From positions 44,311 through 108,310 of the forward strand of contig JADKDK010000009.1 of the NCBI GenBank assembly GCA_016718385.1: a stretch of 64,000 nucleotides of DNA. The letters are read 5' to 3'. The notes under the pieces were generated by a model that had not been told where the DNA came from, searched no databases, and saw only the letters and a program-made list of their open reading frames with translations. The DNA comes from Gammaproteobacteria bacterium. GTDB taxonomy: Bacteria > Pseudomonadota > Gammaproteobacteria > Pseudomonadales > UBA5518. The position numbers and the translations under genes are program-made. Position 1 is the stretch's first letter. Every line of letters begins with the position of its first letter. Shown here piece after piece: positions 48,264 to 56,691 of this stretch.

Positions 48264-48455
48264 ATGCGACGCGCGGCGTATGTAGCCGAGGTCCGCATGA
48301 CCAAGGCCAGGAGCCTGCTCGCCGAGACGAGTCTGTCGCAAAAGGAGATCGCATACCGCCTGGGATTTGCCGGCCCCAGCAGCTTTTGCGCCGCGCTCGG
48401 CAAGGCGGCCGGAATGACGCCGAATCGGTACCGTCGCACGCACAGGCGTGAGTAG
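48264..48455 (+). pseudogene. AraC-family regulator, last HTH only (63 aa)
   Basis: ARSLLAETSLSQKEIAYRLGFAGPSSFCAALGKAAGMTPNRYRR is the C-terminal AraC HTH. The sensor domain and first HTH are missing. Confidence 0.55.
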
Positions 48456-48559
48456 CGCCCCCGCATGCCACGCTCGCGACACCGTTTACCGCTGCCGGGC
48501 GAACCCGGCTCGGCAGACAAGCGGGGGCGATCACACGGATACCGCGTGAACGTACACAA

Positions 48560-50164
48560 TCACGGCGCCGCAGCGTGGGTGATGGCAAGCAGTTCGATCG
48601 ACGGGGGAGCCAATGTCTGCGCAATCCTGACGTCGCCACCCTTGAGTGTCACCGTACTGAGTAGGCGAAAATCCCAGACGTCGTTGATCCGAAAGCGCTG
48701 CACCCGATAGAACTTTCGAGGATCCAACCCGGTCACGCGAAGATCGAAGCCGTCATTTCGCGCGTAACTCAGCGGGCGGCGCGGCAGCAGGTTTATCTTA
48801 TATCCGGCCCCGGCAATCGTGTCGCCATCAGGTCGTGGAGCGCGCAGACTGGCCGGCACCTCATAGTTGCTGATGATTATGTTGATCGTGTTGCTGTCCG
48901 TCGATTTTCCGGCCAGGACCGCCAGACCCTGATTGTCGTCGCCACTGACGTGGAGGCGAACCGGCGTATCCTTCATGCTTCCCAGCGCGACCATGGCCTG
49001 CCCGATCTTGTTGGGTGTACTCCCGTGCTCGCCGAACAGATTGGGGCCCATGTAGAAGGTCTGCTCGTCGATCGGGGAATCCTGCATGTAGATGATCGCC
49101 GATGCCGTGAAAGCCGCGCGTCCTCCCAGCGTCAGCAGTTCCGGATCGATACCGAGGACATTCCACTCGCTGAGCACGAGCCTGGTCTTCCTGAACCCGT
49201 GCGCGTCGAGCAGCGCGCGCATGTCGCGGGCAATACGCACGTACTGATACGGGTCCGCGGAATCTATCGCATAGTCGTGAAAGGACCAGAAATCGAGCGG
49301 CAACTTGTTGCGTCGCAGGTACTTCAGGAAATCTTCCCGATAGTCGGGGCCGTTGTAGTTGAACATCAGCGCCGGTCCTCCGATCGCGGCTTCAGGGTCA
49401 GCCGACTTCACTGCCCTCGCCAACTTCGCATACAGCGTGTAGTACTTGAGCGAATCGAAACGGCCATCCGGTTCGTTCAGGACTTCCCAATGCTCGACCC
49501 CGTAATTGAAGCCACTGTTCCATCCCTTGTTGTAATGCAGGACGATGTGACGGACGATTTCCGCATAATGTTCGAAATCCCGTTCGCTGGTGAAGGAATC
49601 CGGCACGCCGCTGTGTTCCCCCGCGCTGGCTCCGATCCTGAACAGCGGCTTGGCGCCAATGCCGTAGATGGACTGCAGCAGCCGGTCGGTGGGCCCGAAG
49701 TTGTAGCTGGCCGCATCGGCGGGGTCCGCATCAGGCTTCGGGAACATCACGAGTGCATTGAAGGCAGACGCAGGCACGAACGTGCCATCGGCCATTTCGC
49801 GTGTCCCCGTGAAGTTCGCATACACATCTCCCGGGCCGTAATTGTCGTGAATGCGGACCAGTTCGATGTTCGCCGCGCGATAACCGCTCGATGCATCCGC
49901 TCCGAGCGACCGATAACCTGTGCGATCGGACACCTCCACCACGTCATGGAGGCGCTCCACGGCCGGCCGGTCGCTCCATGGAAGCGGTCCCGAATTGACG
50001 CCGCGCAATGGCTTCATCGGTCCCAGGTCGCTCGACGCATCGACAGTGATCTCGCGCAACTCAGCCATGGTGCCCACTGCAACTGCCTGGGAATGGGCGG
50101 CCTGCGTGACAACCAGCAGGCACATGAATGCTGCCGCATTGATCGGATTGAATCGGCTCATCAT
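48560..50164 (-). CDS. Secreted glycoside hydrolase, clan GH-A (GH39-like)
   Basis: Signal peptide MMSRFNPINAAAFMCLLVVTQAAHSQA. The acid/base motif is HWEVLNEPD and the nucleophile motif is VLSEWN. Family-level assignment is by eye only. Confidence 0.55.
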   Translation of the reverse strand: MMSRFNPINAAAFMCLLVVTQAAHSQAVAVGTMAELREITVDASSDLGPMKPLRGVNSGPLPWSDRPAVERLHDVVEVSDRTGYRSLGADASSGYRAANIELVRIHDNYGPGDVYANFTGTREMADGTFVPASAFNALVMFPKPDADPADAASYNFGPTDRLLQSIYGIGAKPLFRIGASAGEHSGVPDSFTSERDFEHYAEIVRHIVLHYNKGWNSGFNYGVEHWEVLNEPDGRFDSLKYYTLYAKLARAVKSADPEAAIGGPALMFNYNGPDYREDFLKYLRRNKLPLDFWSFHDYAIDSADPYQYVRIARDMRALLDAHGFRKTRLVLSEWNVLGIDPELLTLGGRAAFTASAIIYMQDSPIDEQTFYMGPNLFGEHGSTPNKIGQAMVALGSMKDTPVRLHVSGDDNQGLAVLAGKSTDSNTINIIISNYEVPASLRAPRPDGDTIAGAGYKINLLPRRPLSYARNDGFDLRVTGLDPRKFYRVQRFRINDVWDFRLLSTVTLKGGDVRIAQTLAPPSIELLAITHAAAP

Positions 50165-50206
50165 CGTGTTGTCTCTCCCCTGTGGTACGCAGGCGCCTCT
50201 GGATCG

Positions 50207-51187
50207 TCAGACGCCACAAACGGTGATTGCCTGACGCAGTCCCTGTCTCGGATCACGCGTAGGGATGAATTCGTGACCGACGTAGCCCGAGTAGCCCGTT
50301 TCGACCAGCGTCCGCATTACCGCCGGATAATTGATCTCTTGACGATCGTCGAGTTCCCCGCGCCCGGGGTTGCCTGCCGTGTGCACGTGGCCTATGTGAT
50401 CCTTGCACTGGTGTATGCGACGGATCAGGTCACCATCCATGATCTGAACGTGATAGACGTCGAACAGAAGCTTGAGACGGGGTGATCCGACTCGTCGAAT
50501 GATGTCGATGCAGTAATCGACATGATCGCCCTGGTAGCCCGGATGCCCTTTCATCGGGTGCGAGTCGTCACGGCTGTTCAGCATCTCCAGGCACAGGGTC
50601 ACTCCTTTCTCCTCGGCGTGAGCGATGATTTGCCTGAAACCGTCGACGCAATTCCGCGCGCCCTCTTCAGGGGAGAGATGCGTGCTGTTCGGATCTTCCG
50701 GATTCCGTGTGCTGTAGCCCGTGAAGCAAACGACGTTCGGCGCCCCGAACGCCGACGCTGCATCGATGGCCTCGCGGGTTGCCCCGATCACGCGCGGCCA
50801 ATGCTCCGGGTTATTGAAACCCCGCAGGAATGGCGGCGCGGAGCCCATGTCGATCTGAGCGATCGCGCAGGTGAGACCATATCGTCCGAGGGTAGCGAAA
50901 TGTTCCGGCGTGACCAGTTCGACGCTATGGCAACCAAGCTCCCGAGCCACACGGCACGTTTGCTCCACGCTCCATCGTTCGCCGAATTGCCCGAAGCACC
51001 ACTGGACAATCGACTGCCTGATCCGGCCGCGGGCAGCGACCAGATCCGGCGCGGGTCCGGCATCCACCACCGACGCCTGCGTAGCGAGCAAGGTGCCAGT
51101 CATGGCCAGCGTGGCGGCGCGTTCCAGCAAGACGCGCCGGCTGACTTGCTCGACAAGCGGAGCAGAAGGAGGAATCGGTTTAGTCAT
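50207..51187 (-). CDS. Tat-exported TIM-barrel sugar isomerase/epimerase (hydroxypyruvate-isomerase-like)
   Basis: Twin-arginine signal VSRRVLLERAATLAMTGTLLA. Family blocks VTLCLEMLN, LKLLFDVYHVQIMDGD and HVHTAGNPGRGE. Confidence 0.7.
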   Translation of the reverse strand: MTKPIPPSAPLVEQVSRRVLLERAATLAMTGTLLATQASVVDAGPAPDLVAARGRIRQSIVQWCFGQFGERWSVEQTCRVARELGCHSVELVTPEHFATLGRYGLTCAIAQIDMGSAPPFLRGFNNPEHWPRVIGATREAIDAASAFGAPNVVCFTGYSTRNPEDPNSTHLSPEEGARNCVDGFRQIIAHAEEKGVTLCLEMLNSRDDSHPMKGHPGYQGDHVDYCIDIIRRVGSPRLKLLFDVYHVQIMDGDLIRRIHQCKDHIGHVHTAGNPGRGELDDRQEINYPAVMRTLVETGYSGYVGHEFIPTRDPRQGLRQAITVCGV

Positions 51188-51528
51188 GGCTGATTACCGG
51201 CATTGGAGGTTTCAGTGCATGTGGTACGACAACGATTACGGATTGACCCGAGCCGGCAGGTGCGACACACAATTTCCATCACCGCATGAAATCACCAGCC
51301 GTGCGAATCCGCTGCACACAAGGTCATCTCCCTGGCGGTCCGACCCGTCACCGAGCCCGAAGGTTGAACCCGACGGTTCGACGGACGCCGCATGGCGCAC
51401 GCAGCATGAGTGGTGGAGGCGCTTCCGCGCGACCGTGGGAGCGTACACATCTTTGCTCGCGTTGCCTCTTATCGTTGATAGGCCGTGCGCTTGCGCTGTC
51501 GCGATTCGGGAGCAGTCACTCGCTATCG

Positions 51529-51544
51529 ATGTAAACGTTTACAT
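51529..51544. promoter_or_regulatory. Perfect 16-bp LacI-family operator-like palindrome
   Basis: ATGTAAACGTTTACAT is perfectly self-complementary and is related to the 46035-46052 site. It lies about 340 nt upstream of the Tat TIM-barrel/GH operon start, in a 480-bp spacer. Confidence 0.6.
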
Positions 51545-51638
51545 TCTATCGACCAAAAAAACCAGGTGTCAACTCGTGAAAGAGCGTCCTCCTGTGCGCC
51601 AACCGCGGCGGGCTGGATTCGACCCGGAAGCGCTTCAC

Positions 51639-52096
51639 TCAGTCGGCGTCGAGCTGAACGACCTGGTTCACATGCCCTTCCGGATCGAGCACGAACGCTC
51701 AACTGAGCCGATGCGACTCGACGCGACGGATCGGATCGGATCGGATCGGCTCGGCTCGGCTCGGCTCGGCTCGGCCAGCGTGCCGCCGGCTGCCTCGGCG
51801 CGCCGCGCGAGAGCGTCGATATCGGCGGTGATGAAGCCCTGCACCGACTCGCCAACCGTCGGGGCGGCGGAATCCAGGTACTTGATCAGCGTCAGCGAAC
51901 CGCCACCGGGGTAGGTGGCCTGGAACGTGATCTCGTCGATCCTGCACCTGAGCATGACGTCCTGGTGCCGATCGAAACGGACCAGACCGAACACCTCCTC
52001 GTAGAACCCGGCCATTCCCTCCAGATCGTGCACGAAGATTTTGCTGAAGCCGTACTGCGCGTCGCGGGTGGCGCCGGATGGGCGAATTTCTGCCAT
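51639..52096 (-). pseudogene. VOC (glyoxalase/dioxygenase) family protein containing a pentanucleotide microsatellite; C-terminus out of frame
   Basis: ACGGAG-N6-ATG 52096 (MAEIRPSGATRDAQYGFSKIFVHDLEGMAGFYEEVFG...). The repeat encodes EPSRAEPSRSDPIRS. The family-typical end FVLDPEGHVNQVVQLDAD-stop (51639) is in another frame. The span is 458 nt (3n+2). Confidence 0.6.
51727..51775. repeat. Compound pentanucleotide microsatellite (CGGAT)4(CGGCT)5+CGGC
   Basis: Counted directly on the + strand. It contains four GATC sites at 5-nt spacing and lies inside the VOC ORF. Confidence 0.95.
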
Positions 52097-52132
52097 GGTC
52101 ACTCCGTTATTTCCAAAAATCGCTGAGCACAC

Positions 52133-52396
52133 TCAGCGCATCAGTGCACCACCATTGACGTGGCACACCTGTCCGTTGATCCAACGCCCGTCTTCAGAAA
52201 GCAGCATCGCGACCACTCCGGCGATGTCCTCTGGCTTGCCGACGCGACGCCCCGGAATCTTCGCCAGTTCCGAATCGATGAATTCCCGCGGAAGTTGTTC
52301 GCTCGCCCGCATGGCATCCGTCAAGGTGAAGCCGGGATCCCGCGTTGCACCCCGGCCCCGCCAGCAGGCGCCGTTGCCGCTTTTGGCACACGGCAC
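52133..52396 (-). pseudogene. SDR C-terminal fragment
   Basis: PGFTLTDAMRASEQLPREFIDSELAKIPGRRVGKPEDIAGVVAMLLSEDGRWINGQVCHVNGGALM is only the last 70 aa or so of an SDR. No Rossmann or catalytic part is found upstream. Confidence 0.55.
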
Positions 52397-52470
52397 GCCG
52401 GCATACAGCGCCCCCGCAACTCACCGAAACCACCACACCTGACGGGCACCGCGACACGGGAAGCTAAGTC

Positions 52471-52971
52471 ATGATCGAGTGCATTTTCCAGGGCAGCCGG
52501 GCGCTGGTACTGATCGCGGTGTTCGTGACCGCGGTGTCGTCCCTGCTGCTCTACGCGAGCAGGCTGAACGTGCTCGCGAACGTCGTGCTCGATTTCGCGC
52601 GGCAGGTGCCCGCAATGGTCGCCGAAGGCAAGGTGCTCGCGGTGCAGTTCCTGAAGTTGCTGAACCTCGATCACGCTGCACCTTATCGCGGCGAGCCTCT
52701 ACTGGCTGTTCGTGACGCCGCTGCGCGCGCGCGACAGTGCATTGCTATATATGCGTTGCAGATCACCACGTTCCACGACCTCGAGATCACGCTGGCGCCG
52801 GTGGCCGTCGTGATCATGGTGATCCTGTTCCTCGAGCAGATCGTGGCGAACGGAGCCTCGGTGGTCATGCTGGGCGCCGACGCGTACCAGACCAAGGCCG
52901 AGATCGCCGCCGACCGCTCGCGCGGAGTGCCCCCGATCGGCGTGGGGTACAGCTGCAGCATCCGGCGGTGA
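52471..52971 (+). pseudogene. YqhA/UPF0114-like membrane protein, at least two frame shifts and 3' truncation
   Basis: MIECIFQGSRALVLIAVFVTAVSSLLLY...FLKLLNLD is in frame 1. ITLHLIAASLYWLFVTPL is in another frame. Frame 1 then resumes with LQITTFHDLEITLAPVAVVIMVILFLEQ. The gene runs into the OYE-tail scar at about 52960. Confidence 0.45.
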
Positions 52972-53024
52972 TCTACGGCGGCGGCGAGGCGGGCTACATC
53001 GACTTTGCGCGCATGGCTGGCTGA
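52960..53024 (+). pseudogene. Orphan 3' end of an OYE gene (last 20 codons or so plus stop)
   Basis: Positions 52960-53030 match 31947-32017 (the end of the OYE gene plus 6 nt) at 69/71 nt and encode ...PAVIYGGGEAGYIDFARMAG-stop. Confidence 0.7.
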
Positions 53025-53061
53025 ACCGGCGGCGGCGCCATCGAATGCGGGAGAGCCCCGC

Positions 53062-54306
53062 TCAGGATCGGTAAGCCTCCCTGCCCACACCCTGCACGGG
53101 AATTCCCTGGCGCGGCAGCATCTCGTGCTGCAGCGCGTACATCGCGGCAGCAGCCTCGTCGATCGCCTTGACGAAGGCGATCGAACCGGCGAGCAGCGGC
53201 GCGAGCAGCGCGCGATCCTGGACCCGCGCCGGCGGATACTCGTGCTCGACCACGAGGTACGTGTTCGCCGGATCCAGCGGCAGCAGTTCGCGCGCCGCGA
53301 GCTGGTGATCCAGCCAGTCGACGGTCCGGTTCTGCAGATACCCCAGCGGATCGTGGCGCGCGGTGCCGGGCAGCTCGTGCTGGCTGAACACGGTCTGCTT
53401 CTTCCACGCGCTGGACTGCGCGGCGGGATCATCGGCGGGCATCGCGCCGTGCCAGTCGCCGCGCTGCAGGGTCTGCCCGCCGTAGCCCCAGGCGGCGAGG
53501 CCGCGCGGATCTATCACCTGCCCCTTCACATGGAACCCCGCCACCAGGAAGGCGTAGCCCGCGTCCTTCAGGTACTGGAAGACCGAGCGCGTATCCTGGC
53601 CCATGAGGATCGCGTGCGAGGGGTCGTAATGGATGCGGAACTGATCGCCGACGCCATGTTTCTCGCAGATCCGGTGCAGCGCGATCCACGGACCCGGAGC
53701 GTAGGCGATGTTGTTGTGCCAGGCGTCGTTCACCGTCCAGCCGGGCATCGGGCACTGCTCGACCCGGTAGGTGAGTCCGCGCGCCTTCGCTGCCGCGAGC
53801 AGTGGCACGAAGACTTCCTCGAACATCACCAGATTGGCGTCCATCTGCAGTTGCGGATTGCGCCCGACGAAGCCGCAGACGCCATCCACGCCGAGCATTG
53901 CCGCGGCGTCGAACACGCGCAGCATGAACTCGTGCTTGCGCCGGCGCACCCCTGCGTCGGCGGCCAGCATGTTGTCGAAGTACGCGAGATCCGAGAGCCC
54001 GACCGCGCTGGCGCACATCGCCGCGCGCACGCGTGCCGCTCGCCGCGCGTCGAAGGGTTCGCGCAGGTCGAGCGTATTGGCGACCGGATCGAGCAGCGCC
54101 GCGGCGGGCACGTCGCTGACGTCGGGATGCAACGCCGCGGAGAGCTGTATGTTCGGCGCGCCGATCTCGCGCGCGTACTCCAGCCACTCCTCGATGGCGA
54201 GATCCGGATCCGGGTCGCGCCGCTCGCGCGGCGTGAGTTCCTGCAGTGCCGCCGTGAGCACGCTGAGCTTCATGTGCCGGGGACGGAACGGCGCGCTCGC
54301 GCTCAT
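53062..54306 (-). CDS. Cluster B gene 6: TIM-barrel isomerase/epimerase-like protein (414 aa), paralogue of 38664..39908
   Basis: ATG 54306 overlaps the upstream stop (ATGA). [21 protein letters not shown]... is colinear with the cluster A copy. Confidence 0.65.
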   Translation of the reverse strand: MSASAPFRPRHMKLSVLTAALQELTPRERRDPDPDLAIEEWLEYAREIGAPNIQLSAALHPDVSDVPAAALLDPVANTLDLREPFDARRAARVRAAMCASAVGLSDLAYFDNMLAADAGVRRRKHEFMLRVFDAAAMLGVDGVCGFVGRNPQLQMDANLVMFEEVFVPLLAAAKARGLTYRVEQCPMPGWTVNDAWHNNIAYAPGPWIALHRICEKHGVGDQFRIHYDPSHAILMGQDTRSVFQYLKDAGYAFLVAGFHVKGQVIDPRGLAAWGYGGQTLQRGDWHGAMPADDPAAQSSAWKKQTVFSQHELPGTARHDPLGYLQNRTVDWLDHQLAARELLPLDPANTYLVVEHEYPPARVQDRALLAPLLAGSIAFVKAIDEAAAAMYALQHEMLPRQGIPVQGVGREAYRS

Positions 54307-55448
54307 GCGCTGATCTCCATCCAGGTCTGGCCCGCGCGACTGGACGCCAGCGTCGCTTCGATGAAGCGCATGCCCCGGACTCCGGCTTCGATGCCGGGGA
54401 AGCGCTCCTCCGCACCCGGCACGCCGTGGATCGCATCGGCAAAGCCGCGGTAGAGATTGGCCATGGCCTCGGCCAGCCCCTGCGGATGTCCGGGCGGGAG
54501 CTGGCTCGCCGTGCGCGCCAGCTCCGCATTGAAGCGTTGGCCGGGCGTGAACACCTGCCGCGGCGCGTCTTCGCGCAGATGCGTCAGGATCGCCGGCGTC
54601 TCGTGACTCCATTTCAATGCGCCGCGGCTGCCATAGACGGCGATCTGCACGCCGTTCTCCTCGCCCGTGGCGATCTGGCTCGCGCGCAGCACTCCATGCA
54701 CGCCGCAGGCCGTGCGCAACAGCGTCGTGCCGTCCACGTCCAGCGCATTGTCGGGACGGAAGGTGTCGAGATCCGCCAGCACGCGCGCAATGCGCAAGCC
54801 CGTGGTGTACTCCGCCAGGTTGAAGGCATGCACGCCGATGTCGCCATAGCAGCAACTCGGCCCCGATCGCGCCGGATCCAGCCGCCAGATCGACTGGCGC
54901 ATCGCCGCATCGTGCATGGCCGCGTTGATCCAGCCCTGGTAGTACTGCGCGTCGATCTTCTGCAGCGCACCGATCTCGCCGGCCGCGATCATCGCGCGCA
55001 TCTGCCGCACCATCGGGTAGCCCGTGTAGGTGTGAGCGATGCACACCTTGCGCCCGCCGTCCCGCGCGCGCCGTTCCAGCTCGAGCGCCTCGCTCGCGGT
55101 CATCGTGAACGGCTTCTCGCAGATCACGTGCAGCCCCGACTCCAGGGCCCGCAGCACCATCGGGTAGTGCAGGTGATTCGGCGTCAGCACCGCGAGCACC
55201 TCGATGCGCTCACCCTCGGCGAGCCGGCTCTCGGCCGCGAGCATCTCGTCGAGGCCTGCATATGCGCGCTCGGGGTCGAGACCGAGCGCCCGCGCGTGCG
55301 CGCGATTGCGCGAGACGTCGGTGCCGAATGCGCCCCCCTTCAGCTCGAAGCGCTCCGACAGCGCCGCCGCGGCGCGATGCACGCCGCCGATCAGCGAGCG
55401 CGGGCCACCGCCGACCAGGCCGAGCGGAATACGACGCGAGACGTTCAT
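54303..55448 (-). CDS. Cluster B gene 5: Gfo/Idh/MocA family oxidoreductase (381 aa)
   Basis: ATG 55448 overlaps the MFS stop (ATGA). [34 protein letters not shown]. Confidence 0.85.
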   Translation of the reverse strand: MNVSRRIPLGLVGGGPRSLIGGVHRAAAALSERFELKGGAFGTDVSRNRAHARALGLDPERAYAGLDEMLAAESRLAEGERIEVLAVLTPNHLHYPMVLRALESGLHVICEKPFTMTASEALELERRARDGGRKVCIAHTYTGYPMVRQMRAMIAAGEIGALQKIDAQYYQGWINAAMHDAAMRQSIWRLDPARSGPSCCYGDIGVHAFNLAEYTTGLRIARVLADLDTFRPDNALDVDGTTLLRTACGVHGVLRASQIATGEENGVQIAVYGSRGALKWSHETPAILTHLREDAPRQVFTPGQRFNAELARTASQLPPGHPQGLAEAMANLYRGFADAIHGVPGAEERFPGIEAGVRGMRFIEATLASSRAGQTWMEISA

Positions 55449-56674
55449 TGCTCCGCCTCGGGCGCCACGGTCGCCACCGTATCGCGGAACAGCAACAGGA
55501 AGGCCCCGGAAACGACGAGTGCGAAGCCCGACGGGAACAGCCACACCTCGCGCCAGTCGTGCCCGGCGGCGAGCGTGTAGCGGTCGGTGATCATGCCCGC
55601 GATCCAGAAGCCGATCAGCATGCCGAGCCCGTAGGTGGCCAGCGTGACCAGTCCCTGCGCCGAGGCCTTGAAGCGCGGGCCTGCGCGCGCGTCGGTGTAG
55701 ACCTGCCCGGCCACGAAGAAGAAGTCGTAGCACACACCGTGCAGCGCGATGCCGACCAGCAGCATCCACAGCAGCTCGCTGGCGTTGCCGAAGGCGAACA
55801 GCGCGTAGCGCAGGGCCCACGCGAGCATGCCCAGCAGCAGCGTGCGCCTGAAACCGAAACGGTGGAAGAACCACGGCAGCAACAGGATGAAGCCGGCCTC
55901 CGATATCTGCCCGATCGTCATCTTGCCCGTCGGATTCGCCACGCCCGCCTCGGCGAGGAACAGGTTCGCATTCTGGTAGTAGAACGCGAGCGGCACGCAG
56001 ATCAGCACGGCCGAGCAGAAGAACACCGCGAAATTCCGCTCCTTCAGCAGGCCCAGGGCCTCGACCCCGAGCAGCGCGCGCACCTGCGACTCGCCGCCAC
56101 GCACCGGCGGCGTCGCCGGCAGCGAGAAGCCGTAGAGACCGAGCACAGCCGAGGCAACAGCCGCGAGCAGGAAGGTGTTGCGCAACGCGCCCGCGGCGAT
56201 GTTCGCGCGATCGTCCCACGCGAACGCGTAGCTGATCGCGAGCCCTGCGACGATCCAGCCCACGGTGCCCCACATGCGCACGGGCGGGAACTCCGTCGTG
56301 GTGTCGCGCATCTGGCGGAAGCACACCGCGTTGGCGAGAGCGAGCGTCGGCATGTAGACGATCATGTAGGCGAGCGCCAACGGATAGAACGAGGCGAACT
56401 CCGGCGCCGCGTACATGCGCCACAGCAGCACCGCGCCGGCCAGGTGCAGCAGCGCGAATATGCGCTCGGCGTTCACGAAGCGGTCGGCGACCAGGCCCAC
56501 GAAGAGCGGCGCGACAATGGCACCCCAGGACTGCGTCGCGAAGACCAGGCCGGTCTGCTCCCCGCTGGCGCGCAGGTTGGTCGCGAGGAATGTACCCAGC
56601 GTCACGAACCAGGCTCCCCACACGAAGAACTGCAGGAACATCATCAGGCACAGCCGCGCGCGCATCCTGGACAT
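55445..56674 (-). CDS. Cluster B gene 4: MFS transporter, nucleoside:H+ symporter-like (409 aa)
   Basis: ATG 56674, MSRMRARLCLMMFLQFFVWGAWFVTLGTFL. Confidence 0.8.
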   Translation of the reverse strand: MSRMRARLCLMMFLQFFVWGAWFVTLGTFLATNLRASGEQTGLVFATQSWGAIVAPLFVGLVADRFVNAERIFALLHLAGAVLLWRMYAAPEFASFYPLALAYMIVYMPTLALANAVCFRQMRDTTTEFPPVRMWGTVGWIVAGLAISYAFAWDDRANIAAGALRNTFLLAAVASAVLGLYGFSLPATPPVRGGESQVRALLGVEALGLLKERNFAVFFCSAVLICVPLAFYYQNANLFLAEAGVANPTGKMTIGQISEAGFILLLPWFFHRFGFRRTLLLGMLAWALRYALFAFGNASELLWMLLVGIALHGVCYDFFFVAGQVYTDARAGPRFKASAQGLVTLATYGLGMLIGFWIAGMITDRYTLAAGHDWREVWLFPSGFALVVSGAFLLLFRDTVATVAPEAEQ

Positions 56675-56691
56675 GAGGCCGGCTCCCCGCG

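Noticed and set aside
52321-52674. ORF 52321..52674 (-) and other short ORFs across the SDR-fragment / YqhA-like junction as possible novel small proteins
   Set aside because: They overlap recognisable decayed genes in other frames and have a low-complexity, Arg/His-rich composition.
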